The notes under the pieces were generated by a model. The model was not told where the DNA came from. It searched no databases and saw nothing but the letters and a program-made list of their open reading frames with translations. Shown here in pieces: positions 23,421-35,889 of a stretch of DNA of 64,000 nucleotides (positions are counted from its first letter, which is position 1; every line of letters begins with the position of its first letter). Both the position numbers and the translations under genes were made by a program. The stretch covers positions 372,001-436,000 of the forward strand of contig CAUYUJ010000114.1 in assembly GCA_963575745.1 (NCBI GenBank). The letters are read 5' to 3'. Source of the DNA: Prorocentrum cordatum. Lineage: Eukaryota.

Positions 23421-24406
23421 ATCCCCGTTTTCGAAGTGGCTAGGAGTGCTCAGGAATTGTAAATCATCAGCTTTATCAAGCCCTTTTCCTGTAGCCAGTG
23501 TCCTGCGAGTCTCCCGAATTCCGTCTGCAGACATATGTAACCCTCGCTCCGTCATCGCCCCCTTATAAAGTATCCTAAACTATTTGCGCCCCGCTTTTGC
23601 GCAGGGGTTGGGTACGTCGCCAGGGTAATTTGTTCATTATTTCTGGTGTATTCTTTCGCTTCCAGACAAAACCAAGTCATGCCACGCGCCTCCTGATCGA
23701 GCGACCTGGCTGGTGCGGGCCGTAGCCTGGTATCGTTTGGTACTTTTTGGAAGCGAGGGTTGTCAAGAGCGAGGTAGGTTCGTTTGCCTCCAAGCATCAA
23801 AGGTCACTCTTGCCTAGGGGTATGTCGGGCCTGTCCCCCTACAGGGGGATTTTCGACGAAAAATCAAAAAAATACTTCAACAATACCCCCAAAAAAGGAC
23901 AAAAAATACCCCCCAAAATAGTCCCCAGACCATTTTTTGATTATTTTTTCATTATTTTTGGTGTATTCTTTTATTTTTCGTCGAAAATCTCCCTGTAGGG
24001 GGACAGGCCCGACTTAAGCGTGGGGTGACTCTTACATGTATCCGAGGGGGGCCCATTTCGATCCAGTCGACCCGATCCAGCCGCGCGTAAGAGTGACCTT
24101 TCGCCAGAGTGGTCTTTGGGCCTGGGCCTCCGGATGGGGTCCGGGGAGATGGGGTGAATCGCGCCGCATCGCCGATACATCGTCGATGCGGCTCGATGTT
24201 CAGCCAGGTTCTCTCTGCGCTGGCGGTGCCGATGCATCGCCGACGCCGCCGAAGCATCGTTGGCGCATCGGCTTTGCATCGCCGGTGCAGCGGCGAGGCG
24301 GACCCCATCTGGGAGGCCTCTGCAAGAGTGACCTTCCGCAGGGGTGATCTTTGGTGCGAGCCCGCAGGGGTGGCCCCAGGCCCCAGCACGGGCCTGCGCA
24401 CTTGAA

Positions 24407-24568
24407 TCAGGAGGGGAAAAAACACAGACACAATTGATCGTCGAGTCCCAGGAAAATATGAAAAATATGGGAAGTGGGGGGGAAGACAGAAACCCAGAAA
24501 ACATGGGAAAATATGGGGAATCCTTTTATTTGTGTGTGTATTTACTTGTGTGTCCCAGGGCCCCTTCA
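24407..24568 (+). mobile_element. Dispersed element family D (TCA-GGAGGGGAAAAAACACAGACACAATT ... GTGTCCCAGGGCCCCT-TCA)
   Basis: Copies at about 8074-8233, 8683-8849, 13970-14129, 34019-34170, 41342-41513, 41870-42125 and 62575-62698 (truncated). TCA lies on both sides of intact copies. Confidence 0.88.
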
Positions 24569-24649
24569 TCTTCGCGTATCGGCGAACGAAGTCACTGTGT
24601 TCGACGAGTCGCGGCGTGAACATCAGAGCGAGGGGGCCGACAGGCCATT

Positions 24650-25090
24650 CGTTGTCCCTGGGAGCGTACGGTCTACTTGGGAATCGCGCGATCGCTCGAG
24701 ACTTCCTCGCGATCCATGCAGGACTGACGCTTCAGCGACCCGCCCCCGCTCGACCCGGCCGACTGGACCCGCCCGCCAGACCCGCCCGTTTGGGTCCGCC
24801 CGCCCGACCCGCCCGTCTGGTTCTGGCGCGTGTGTTCCTACTCCTGACGTCCTTTCTTGCTAGTCTCTGTCGTGCTCCAGGAGCTGCTCCACCCGTCTCC
24901 CCTCTTTTGTCCCTTCCCTCCTCCCGTCGTTCCCCTGGTGTAGAGGCTGAGCCAACTACACGTGACAGGTACTGAAGATATACCCCCAAGGAGGATCTGT
25001 TCGAAGTCGACAAGGGCCAGGACCGAGGGCTTGGGATAAACATCTTGAGTGACACGGAAGCCGATAAGAGCAAACAGTTTGAAATGATTG
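24650..25090 (+). repeat. About 430-bp diverged direct repeat; partner at about 27840-28235
   Basis: TACTTGGGAATCGCG...CGCTCGAGACTTCCTCGCGATCCATGCAG.ACTGACGCTTCAGCGACCCGCCC ... TGTAGAGG...ACACGTG.CAGGTA ... TTGGGATAAACAT is shared. Confidence 0.85.
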
Positions 25091-25264
25091 ATTTTTTATA
25101 CCTATAAGTGCACCCCGTGTTTTTCAATTGAAGTGCCCCTTTTGGGGCTCGCAACCTGTTCTTCACAAGGGAACGTCTTGCACCTCAGACTATGTTGTTG
25201 AACGGCTGCCGCCTGATACTCCCTCACAAGTTATTCTCTTGCACTGGGTGTCTAGAGCTCCGAC

Positions 25265-27650
25265 AACTTTATTTCGGCACGGCACCCCTCCATCACCAAC
25301 ACATTCCACCAGCCAGCGCGCCCGTCCGCCCCGACCACATTTTCGGCACGGCACACCCCTCAGCCCGGACCTCTTGATTTCGGCACGGCGCACCCCCCTC
25401 CACACCCCCTCCGCATCCCCCCCGCCCACCAGCCAGCGCGCCCCTCCGCCCCGACCCGTTTATTTCTGCACGGCACACCCTTCCGCCCCGACCCCTTTTA
25501 TTTCGGCACGGCACACCCCCTCCGCATCCCCCCACCCACCAGCCAGCACGCCCCTCCGCCCGGACCCCTTTAATTTCGGCACGGCGCACCCCTCCGCCCC
25601 GACCCCTTTATTCCAGTACGGCACACCCACTTCCCCATCCCCCAACTCACCAGCCACGGCGCCCCTCCGCCCCGACCCTTTATTTCGGCACGGCACACCC
25701 CCTCCGCACCCCCCACCCACCAGCCAGCGCGCCTCCGCCCCGACCCTTCGGCACGGCACACCCCGGCCGCACCCCTCCCACCCACCAGCTAGCGCGCCCC
25801 CTCCGCCCCGACCCGTGTATTTCGGCACGCCCCCCTCCCCCCCGCGCGCCCCCTCCGTTCCGACTCTTTTTATTTCGGCACGGCACACCCCTGCGCCCCG
25901 ACCCCTTTATTTCGGCACGGCGCACCCCTCCACACTCCCTCCACATCCCCCCCCCCGCCCACCAGCCAGCGCGCCCCTCCGCCCCGACCCCTGTATTTCG
26001 GCACGGGCACACGCCTCCGCCCCGACCCTTTTTTATTCCGGCACGGCACACCCCTCCGCATCCCCCCACCCACCAGCCAACGCGCCCCTCCGCCCCGACC
26101 CTTTTTTATTTCGGCACGGCGCACCCCCTCCACACCCCCTCCGCATCCCCCCCCCGCCACCAGCAGCACGCCCCTCCGCCCCCCTAAATTTCGGCACGGC
26201 GCACCCCCTCCGCCCCGACCCATTTTTATTCCGACACGGCGCACCCCTTCCACACTCCCTCCGCATCCCCCCCCGCCCACCAGCCAGCGCGCCCCTCCGC
26301 CCCGCCCACCAGCCAGCGCGCCCCCTCCGCCCCGACCCCTCTTATTTCGGCACGGCACACGCCTCCGCCCCGACCTTTTTTTTATTTCGGCACGGCACAC
26401 CCCCTCCGCATCACTCTCACCCACCAGCCAGCGCGCCCCTCCGCTCCGACGCCTTTATCTCGGCACGGCACACCGCCTCCACATCCTCCCACCCACCAGC
26501 CAGCGCGCCCCTCCGCCCCGACCCCTTTTATTTCGGGACGGCACACCCCCCACGCATCCCCCCACCCACCAGCCAGCGCGCCCCTCCGCCCAGACCCGTT
26601 TATTTGGGCTCGCCCCCCCCCGTCCGCGCGCCCCTTCCGTTCCGACTCCTTTATTTCGACACGGCGCACGGCACACCCCTCCGCCCCGACCTGTTTATTT
26701 TGCCCCCCTCCTCCGCGGGCCCTTCCGCCCCGACACCTTTATCCCGGCACGACGCACCCTCCGTCCCTTTATTTCGGCACGGCACACCCCTTCCGCACCC
26801 CCCCAACCCACCAGCCAGCGCGCCTTCCGCCCCGACGCCCTTATTTCGGCACCGCACACCCCTCCGTCCCGACCCTTCATTTCGGCACGGCACACCCCCT
26901 TCCCACCAGCCAGCGCGCCCCTCCGCCCCGACCCCTTTACTTCGGCACGGCGCACCCCTCCGCCCCGACCCCTTTATTTCGGCACGGCACACCGCCTCCG
27001 CATCCCCCCACCCACCAGCCACCGCACCCCTCCGCCCAGACCCCCTTAATTCCGGCACGGCGCACCCCTCCGCCCCGACCCCTCTCATTTCGGCACGGCA
27101 CCCCCCCCGCATCCCCCCACTTGCCAGCCAGCGCGCCCCCTCCGCCCCGCGACCCCTTTATTTTGGCACGCTACACCCTTCCGCCCCGAACACCCTTATT
27201 TCGGCACGGCACACCCCCTCCGCATCCCCCCACCCACCAGCCAGCGCGCCCCTCTGCCCCGACCCCTTTATCACGCCACCCTCGCACCCACCCACCCACT
27301 CACAAGCCAGCGCGCCCCTCCGCCCCGACCAGTTTATTTCGGCACGGCACATCCCTCCGACCCGACTCCTTTAGTTTGGCGCGGCACCGGCCCCTCCGCC
27401 CCCTCCGCGCGCGCCCCTTCCGTATCTCCCCCACCCTTCAGCCAGCGCGCCCCTCCGCCCCGACCCCTTTGTTTTGGCGCGGCACCGCCCCGTCCGCCCT
27501 GACCCATTCATCTCAGCACGGCACCGCCCCCCCACCCCGAGCGCCCTCTCCGCATCACCCCATCCACCAGCCAGCGCGCCCCTCCGCCCCGACACCCCCA
27601 TCCCGAGCGCCCCCTCCATCACCCCATTCACCAGCCAGCGCGCCCCCTCC
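25265..27650 (+). repeat. Degenerate C-rich modular minisatellite (about 35-75-bp modules)
   Basis: Dozens of TATTTCGGCACGGC(A/G)CACCCC and CCACCAGCCAGCGCGCCCCTCCGCCCCGACCC modules. Confidence 0.95.
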
Positions 27651-28519
27651 GCTTCCTCCCCTTTCCTTTCTGTGCAAGAGCCATGGCGCGCGTGCCACTT
27701 GTTCCAAATCGTTCTCGCGCGGGACGTCCCAGCGATTTACCCAGGAATCGCGCTCTCGCGCGGGACACCTTGGAAATTGCTTCAGATGCCGCGCCCTCGA
27801 CACACAGGAGTCACGCTTTTGCTTTGGACTTCCTTGCGATTTACTTGGGAATCGCGCTACCGCTCGAGACTTCCTCGCGATCCATGCAGAACTGACGCTT
27901 CAGCGACCCGCCCGCTCGACCCGGTCGTCTGGGCCTGCCCGCCAGACCCGCCCGTTCGGGTTCGCTTGCCCGACCCGCCCGTCTGGTTCTGCCGCGTGTT
28001 TTCCTGCTAGCCTTCCTCCTGTTAGCCTCTCTTATGTTTCATGTTTATCCCTTCCCCTTGTCCCTTCCCTCCTTCCTCCCTTCCCCTGATGTAGAGGTTG
28101 CGCTAATTACACGTGTCAGGTAAGGAAGACCTATTAACAAGGGGGAGACGATCGAAGACGAAAGCGTGGGTGTCGCGGGTTTGGGATAAACATGGTGAAT
28201 GGTACGCGAGCGGGTAAGAGCCAACAGTATCATAATCGTTGCTGTTGTTCGGAAGTACGATCACACTGGCCCCGCCTTGACGTTGAGATCTTCTTGTTTC
28301 TCGGGGTCCAAGTTGCTACTGGTAAGGGAAAGCAGAGCTCCGGCAACTGCGGGCTTGCCTTGCAGGGCCAGAGAAGGCGTATGCACTGTGCCGGCGGCGG
28401 CAGGGTCCCCCACTGGGCTGGAGCATGTGATGGCACTCCTGGCGCGTTCTCCTGGATCTCTTTTGCAGCGCCTGTGCCATCTCCGAACACTTACTTTTGC
28501 GCAGGGTCCGCACAATTCC

Positions 28520-29340
28520 CCAAGAAACCTCAAGAGCTGAGGATTATTCCCAATTCCTCCAGGATCCTCCGGATTCCTCCAGGTTCCTTATTTTTCTCAG
28601 GATCGGTGAGGATACTTCTGGATTCTTCTAGGATTACTTGACAATTCCATTGGCGCTCCAAGGATTCATACAAGGACTGCCCAAGAACCATTCGGATTTT
28701 GTTTCGGGTTCCTGTGGATCCGAACGGGGTTCGCAGGATTCATAATTCATGAGGGTTCCAAAGGAACTTTGAGTTTTTCATTAATTTCATAATTCGGGGC
28801 TTTCGGGGATACATTCGGATTTGTTGGAGTCCTTGCGGGTACCCGAGGATTCCTTTAGATCCCACGAGAGTCCATGGAATCCCCCAACCTATTCAGAAGT
28901 TTTGATGGCTCGTATAGACTCTTCGCGATTCTTCAGGATCCATCTGGGGGGCCTGACCATTCCTCAGGATTCTCAGGAATCCTAACTACGTTGGTTAATA
29001 GTCTTATTTGGTTCTTCAGGATCCCAGAACATCCCGATCGGTTTCCAATGGAGTTCCCAAGGGTCCTTGAGGACTCTTGGGGATTCCCTTTGGTTTCTTC
29101 GGGCCCCCCCACAGAGTCCTAAGGATACCCAAGGGTTCTTGACGCTCCTTTTGGATTCTGAGGATTCGCGCGGCTTCCTGATGATTCCAGGGGATTCCGC
29201 AAGATTCCTCCAGATTCCTAGAGGCTCCTCTGCGTCCCCATGGGTTCACACAGTTTCTAAAAGGTTCTCTGGGATTATTTGCCATTCGCGAGGATGATCG
29301 AGAGTTCTAGGGGCTTCTAAGGGCTCCTAAAGGGTTATTT
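28520..29340. repeat. Degenerate GGATTC(C/T)-rich low-complexity repeat
   Basis: AGGATTCC, GGATTCTT and GGATCC words recur at short spacing. Confidence 0.65.
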
Positions 29341-29394
29341 TTATTTAGAGATTATCGAAGACGCCTACGGCGAATCACCGCCGCCCTTCGGGGA

Positions 29395-30690
29395 ACACAT
29401 GGGCGTCTTGAAGGTCGTCTTGGCCGTCTGGAGGCCATTTTGACCCTTTTGGGCCTTCTTGGAGGACGTCTTGGAGGGCTCTTGGGCCGTCTTGGAGGCC
29501 ATCTTCTCTTGGCCGTCTTGGGGGCCTCTTGGGGTCGGTTTGGGCCTCTTGGGCGATCTTGGGGGTTCTTGGGCCGTCTCGGGCCGTCGGAAGGCCGAAA
29601 CAAAGCAAATGCCACAATTCTTCAAAAACTCATGGGAAATCAATGAGTTGGGCCGTTTCGGGCCTTCCTGGAGGCCCTCTTGGAGGCCTCTTGGGCCATC
29701 TTAGGGCCATCTTCGGCCGTCTTGGTGGGCTCCTGGCCCGTCTGACGCAGTCGGAAGCCGTTTGGGGGGCCTCTCTGGGCCGACTTGGGGCCCTCTTTGA
29801 ATGCTCCAGGGCCGTCTCGGAGGCCATCTTGGTCGTCTTAAAGGCCTCCTGGGCCGTCTTGGGGGCCTCTTGGGGCCGTCTTGGGGGCCTCTTGGCCCGT
29901 TCTGGGGCTATCTTGGAGGCCTCTTGGGCGATCTTTGGGCGATCTTTGGGGGCTCTTGGGCCGTCTCGGGCCGTCGGAAGGCCGAAAAGAAGCAAATGTC
30001 GAAATCCTTCAAACACCTTAGGAACATCAGTGTTGTTTTACCTTTTCTGGCCTTCCTGGAGGCCCTCTTGGAGGCCTCTTGGGCACCCTTGGGCCAGCTT
30101 CGAACCAACTTCGGCCATCTTGGTGGGTTCCTGTCCCGTCTGACGCCGTCGGGAGCCGTGTTGGGGGCCTCTCTGAACCAGCTCGGGGCCCTCTTGGGGC
30201 GATTCGGGGCCGTCTTGGAGGCCATCTTGGGCGTCTTGGAGGCCTCTTCGCCCGTCTTGGGGCCCTCTTGGGGCCGTCTTGGGGGCCTCTTGGGCCGTCA
30301 TGGGGCCATCTTGGAGGCCTCGTGGGTGCTCTGGGGGCGATCTTGGGGGCCTCTTGGGCCGTCGTGGTCAGCGGGAAGGCTTACAAGAAGCATGTGTCAA
30401 CATCATGTTAAAACCCATGGGCAATCAATGATTTTGGCCTCTTCGGGCTCTCCTGGGGGGCCTCTTGGCACCCTCTTGGGCCATCTTGAGGCCATCTTGG
30501 AGCCATCTAGGCCCGTTTTGAGGCTTCTTGAACGATTTAGAAGGCATCTTGGACCCTCTTGGGCCATCTTGGAGGCCGTCTTGGACCATCTTGGGCGAAC
30601 TTGGAGGCCATCCTGGGCCATCTTGGCCGTCTTGGAGGCCATCTTGGGCCAACTTGGGGCAACAAAGGCATCGACGGATGCGTTTTGAGA
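29395..30690 (+). repeat. Degenerate GGCCGTCTTGGAGGCCATCTTGG repeat element; remnants at about 1450-1625, 32740-33040, 34620-34810, 58280-58560 and 59040-59350
   Basis: Periodic (C/T)CTTGG(G/A)GGCC words and a larger duplicated block (GGGCCGTCTCGGGCCGTCGGAAGGCCGAAA at 29571 and about 29958). Confidence 0.9.
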
Positions 30691-31437
30691 TCCTTCCCGG
30701 GACCCCGGCGGGACGCGCCGTCCCGAGGGAAGGGTAGGGGCAAGCAGAAGCAGGGGCAGCACAGAAGGGGGAGCTCGCGCAGATCTGGGGACAAGTAGAT
30801 CCAAACATTTTCACAAACATCCTGGCCAGGGGGCGTCTTAGACGGCAGGGGCCTTCTTCCCACGCATCCAGCGTCTCAAACAACTCAAGGCACAGTTCTC
30901 TCGTCTTCCTAAGCCGCCATGGCCTCCAGGGGGCCTCGTCAGGGACCTTCAGAAAGCAGCTCGGGAGTACCAGCTGGCGGTGGGGACAGGGTCGGGATGT
31001 CCGTGGACCCCGCGCTAGAACAGCTCACAAGATCGGATGGCTCGTTCTACGAAGGCCGAAGGCAAGGAGATGTAGGAGGAGGAGGAGGAGGAGGAGGAGG
31101 AGGAGGAGGAGAGAAGGAACGGATGCCTCGTTCTACGGAAGCAGAAGGCAAAGAGCTTCTCGGAGAAAAGGCAGTGGCCTTGTCCGAAGGCCCCCCAGCG
31201 GCTTCTTAGAGAAGCCGTCCTCGAAGCCTCCGGGCCCTTCTAAGAAGTCCTCCTCCCTCTCCTCCTCCTCCTCCTCCTCCTCCTCCTCCTCCTCCTCCTC
31301 CTCCTCCTCCTCCTCCTCCTCCTCCTCCTCCTCCTCCCCCTCCTCCTCCTCCTCCTCCTCCTCCTCCTCCTCCTCCTCCTCCTCCTCCTCCGCCTCCCCC
31401 TCCTCCTCCTCTTGAAGCTCCCCCGCCTTCTTAGCAG

Positions 31438-31897
31438 GGCGCCCCCCTCGCGCCACCCCGCTGTGCTCGCCGCCGAGGAGCTCTGGCGGGGCGCCATACC
31501 TGGAGAGTCGCCGTCGAGCTTCATCGCCCTGCGGTCGCGTGGCGCCGAGCAGACCGCCGTTTACGAGGTCTCCGAGGCCAGCGTCTGGGACCAGCTGGCG
31601 GACAACGCCAGCGCCGCGGCCGTCCGCATCCTTCCCGACGTGCAGGGGATCCCCGACCGCCCGGTCGTGACGATGGTGCTGCTGCTGTATTTGACGCCGT
31701 GCAACCCGTTCAACCTGGGGGACGTGGACGCCCTGCGGACGGCCAAGGCGTTTCTGGAGTCCATGCCGAACACCGCCGTGGCCGGGGCTGTGGTGATCCC
31801 GTCGCGAGACGCATGGGTCCGTGACGCGGGGCTGCCAAAGTGCAGGCAATTGCCGTTTGCGCTGCGGGCGAGCATCGTCAGCCAGGTGGTGGACTTC
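31438..31897 (+). CDS. Exon of a putative NMNAT-like / HxGH-superfamily nucleotidyltransferase domain protein (catalytic motif degenerate)
   Basis: GC3-rich frame after a (CCT)n tract and a tagcag|G acceptor. VLLLYLTPCNPFNLGDVDALRTAKAFLE...VAGAVVIPSRDAW resembles NMNAT LLxCGSFNPxxxxHLxxFExAKDY...VxGxISPVxDAY. The frame stops exactly at a TIR insertion. Confidence 0.55.
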
Positions 31898-32095
31898 TAG
31901 GGGAACGAATAATGGCATAAACATAAAAACTCGGAGGTCCGCGCGGATTTCTCGGATCGGCGCTGGACCGCCCTGGCGGCGCAACCGGCGCCGCCCCTGG
32001 CGCGCTCCGCGCGCCATGGAGGGGGTCCACCGCGGATCCAAGAACTCCGCGCGGACCTCCGAGTCTTTATGTTTGCATCATTTTTCGCCCCCCCA
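31898..32095. mobile_element. MITE / introner-like element with about 60-bp TIRs and a 5-bp TSD (ACTTC)
   Basis: The left end TAGGGGAACGAATAATGGCATAAACATAAAAACTCGGAGGTCCGCGCGGATTTCTCGGATC matches the reverse complement of the right end TGGGGGGGCGAAAAATGATGCAAACATAAAGACTCGGAGGTCCGCGCGGAGTTCTTGGATC. ACTTC occurs at 31893-31897 and 32096-32100. A related element lies at about 6365-6515. Confidence 0.85.
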
Positions 32096-32100
32096 ACTTC

Positions 32101-32272
32101 GCTGGCGAGGGCGGGTGGATTGTCACCGACCGCTGCACGGAGGGCTGCCTCCGGGACGAGGCGGGCCCCGTGGCGCCCCGCGTGGCGCTCTACGCCCGGC
32201 GGAGGCTGTACCACCCGTGGTGGGACCTCTCGGTCGCCGAGGTGCTCGCGGAGGACTCCGCGGCGTCGGCAG
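32101..32272 (+). CDS. Continuation of the NMNAT-like coding sequence after the TIR insertion (3' boundary uncertain)
   Basis: AGEGGWIVTDRCTEGCLRDEAGPVAPRVALYARRRLYHPWWDLSVAEVLAED is in frame with the upstream exon once the insertion and one TSD copy are removed. WIVTD resembles NMNAT W(I/V)xVD. A candidate AG|GC donor lies at 32272/32273. Confidence 0.5.
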
Positions 32273-35200
32273 GCTCCCGGGGCGGGGAGCAGAGTCGGAA
32301 CTACTTGTACTCCAGATTTCGTAATAAAAGGGAGGGGGTCTCATTTCGGGGGGGGGGTCTCTTCCAGGCTATCTTGGAGGGCCTGGGGGGGTCTGGGGAC
32401 GATGTTTTGGAGGGTTCTCCCACGAGGGGGGGTCTGAAATGGCTTGTCTTGGAGGGTCCAGACCCCCTCCCTTTTATTACGAAATCTGGAGTAATGCAAT
32501 ACCAGTGTGGCGCGCGGCTTGCCATCCCAGGGCTTTTTTTTGAGGGTCGGGGACGGCGTCGGGGTGGTGTGGTGTGTGCTTTTTTTCCCCGGTTTCCCGT
32601 GGAAGCAGCAAAAAACGTGTATACACCAGGATGCCGCATATACACCACACTCCGTTCTCTTGTTCGCATCTCCGTGCGGGACCAGGAACAAAAAGCATCG
32701 GTGTAGGAAGTCCGGCTCCTCGAAGAGCACGGAATCCCAGCCAGGGGCACGCTCCAGCCCAGGGAAGCTTCCCCAGATGGGCTCCCGGACGCCCAAGAGA
32801 AGATTGCCCCAAGACGGCCTCAGACGCCCCCAAGACCGCCGAAGAGAGCCCCCCCGGGGGGCCTTCCGAAGGGTGTCCCCGGAGGCCAAAATCGCCGAAT
32901 CCCCGCGGGAAAACGTGCATTGCCAACATGCACGCCTTTTCGGCTTTCCGACGCTCCGCGGTGGCTCTCAAGAAGCCCTCAAGACCGCCCCAAGACGCCC
33001 CAAGAAGCACCCAAGAGGACCCCAAGACGGCCCAAGAGGGCAGGCGGGGCGGCGTAGGGAGCTAGCTGGATGCTGTGCGCGTCGAGTGAGACATTGGCCC
33101 GCTGCCGCCCCACGGAAGTTCCTCATCCCCCGATGGCCCTGGGGGCCCGCAGATGATGCCGGGGGGGGGGGCAGGGTCCATTTCGGTTTTCGATGCGATC
33201 GATCCGATCCGATTGTCATCGATTTCGGCTGGCCCGATCCGATTCGAGTCCCCTGTTCCGACGATCCGATGCGGCCCGATGCCTTCATGGCGCGGACGTG
33301 CATCCTGGCGCGACCGTTCCGATTCGATCCCGACTCCGTGCCGATGCGGTCCGACCTGATGCAGATTCCGATGCGATCTGATTTTCCGATCCGATGCCGG
33401 CTGATCCTGGGGGGCACCTCGCGGACCCTCGAAGGTCGATGAAGAAAGCGCTCCAAGGGCTCTTAGGGTTCAGGTCTCTCATCGTGTGCGCCTGCTCTGT
33501 ATCCGGAGCGAGCTGGATGTGCGGTCAGTCCGCCGGTTCTTTAGGCCCACTCCGCCGGGGGTCTTTCGGGGGTGGATCGACCTCCTACACCCTGACACGT
33601 CGATTCAGGAATTGGCCGTTTTCGGTTTGCGAACGGGCGTCGCGGCCGTTATTTTTGCGGGTCTAGGTCCGTCGGTTTCGGCCCTAGCCGTTTCCACTGA
33701 GGGGAGGTTTGCTAAAGGGAGGTTTGCCCACTGCCGAGTCCAAGTCTTCGAAAGTTCTTTGACTTTTTTGGGGGCCAAGATGCTTTCATTTCTAATACCT
33801 CTGCGGGCCCTGGAAACGGCAGGGCCGTTGTTTCCCCGTTTCCCAAATGCTCAGGGAGGTTTGCCCACAGCCGAGGCTTCTGAGCGGTTTTCCTTCTCCC
33901 GGGGGCGCGCCGCTCACGACAGGCGGCGGCAGAGTGCGCCTCGGACGCGGAGTCGGCCCTGGGTTTACCCTGAAGTCGGGCATGTCCCTCTACAGGAGGA
34001 ATATCCAGAAATAATAATATCAGGAGGGGTAAAAACACAGACGCAATTAATCGTCGACTCCCAGGAAAATATTGGGAAAGATGGGAGGTGGGGGGGAAGA
34101 CGAAAACCCAGAAAATATGGGGAATCCTGTTATTTGTGTGTATTTATTTGTGTGTCCCAGGGCCCCTTCATAATAGAATTGTCGATGGACGATTTTCAAC
34201 ACTTGTTGATCATGTCTAGAGCATTTTTGCTACTGTTTTTTTATTTCTCGTTCAAAATCCACCTGTGGGGGGACATGCCCGACCTCAGTTTACCCCGGCG
34301 TTGTGCCGCGATCATGTTTGCAGCAGCGTTGGGCGACGGCCCCACAGAACATCCTATAGATAGCCCAAGACGACGGCCCCGAGACAGCCCCAGGAGGCGG
34401 TCAAGCTGGCCTGGACGGGGCCCTTGGCAGCCCAAGAGTACACGGCAAGCACACGGCAAACAAGTGGGAGAAACGTAGTACGACATCGCAGTCGTTTTAA
34501 TTATTATTATTAGTCTTCTTCTTATGTTTATTATTATTGTTGTTATTATTATTGTTATTATTATTATTCAACACATTCGCTGCTTCGGGTCTCAGCTCCT
34601 ATTGTTTGCGCGTTGGTCATTTTCGGAGGCATCCTGGGGTCGCCTCGAGACCCTCTTGGGCTGCTTGGGAGCCCTTGGGGGCCCTCTTGGGGCGCATGGG
34701 GGGGCCCTCTTGGGCTTTTGTTGGGGCTCTCGTGTGCCGTGCTGGGGCGTTCTTGGGCCGTGGTGGGCCCAAGAAGGCCCCAAGAAAGCCTCAAGACGAC
34801 GCCAGTAGATGCCCAAGGCGTTTTGTCGACGCGTCTGCCTGGGCTTGCTGTGTCCATAGTTGCCGTGGCGCCGCAACCGAAGCCGCGTCTGTTTGGGCGA
34901 CGGCCCGGGACAGCGCCTAGAAACTCCGAGGATGCCTTCGAGGGGCTCCTGAAGGCTCTTGGGGAGGGGGAGGAGGAGGAGGAGGAGGAGGAGGAGGAGG
35001 AGGAGGAGGAGGAGGAGGAGGAGGAGGAGGAGGAGGGGGAGGAGAAGGAGAGGAGGTGGAGGAGGTGGAGGAGGTGGAGGAGGAGGAGGGGGAGGAGGAG
35101 GAGGAGGAGGGGGAGGAGGAGGAGGAGGAGGAGGAGGAGGAGGAGGAGGAGGAGAAGGAGGATTGGCCCAGGGGCTTCTTATGCGCGGCGGCCGAGGGCG

Positions 35201-35889
35201 AACCCAGAGCAAACCTGCAGAAGAACGGTCGAAGGGACCTCCTCCGGGGGCCCTCTTCGAGCGCATGGGGCTCTTTGGGAGGATTCGTTGGCCCCGTGGG
35301 CTGTGTGGGAGTGCTTGTTGATTCTTGACGGCCGCCGCGCAAATCCTCCTCCGTGTTCCTCCCTCCTCCGCCTCCGACGCAATTTCTTAATTTTTTCCTC
35401 CTCGTCCTCCTCCTCCTCTATCTCCTCCTCTTGATCAACTCCGCCTCACTGGTTTCGTCGTATTCTTCTCCTCGCTGGCGATCGTGGAGGAAGAGGAGGA
35501 GGAGGATGGGGGGAGGAGGGGGAGGAGGAGGTGGAGGAGGAGGTGGAGGAGGAGGTGGAGGAGGAGGTGGAGGAGGAGGAGAAGAACCGACGAGAAATGA
35601 GACGCAGACGTCTGAAAGTGTCGGATTGTTCACTTACCATTTCGCCAGATTTGTTGCTTTCGAACGTTCGAGGCCAGCTTTTCTTGTCATTGATACGCAG
35701 AGGTTGTCCTTGTCGGTTTGTTCATTCACCATTTGATCGGGTTCGTTGTTGTTGGACCCTTCGATGTCAGGTCTTCTCATCACTGAGGAGGAGGAGGAGG
35801 AGGAGGAGGAAGAGGAGGATTCCGACACAAGACTTCCCAAACTCGATGTCCGATGTCTGAGTGGCATCGACAAGATTCCGCGCATGTTC

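Noticed and set aside
25128..27374. 748-aa ORF
   Set aside because: It lies almost entirely in a C-rich minisatellite that is poor in stop codons. Indels between modules shuffle the frames, and there is no domain signal.
29440..30883. ORFs rich in LGASWGPLG / PKTAQEAPK
   Set aside because: They are translations of a degenerate non-coding repeat, open on both strands.
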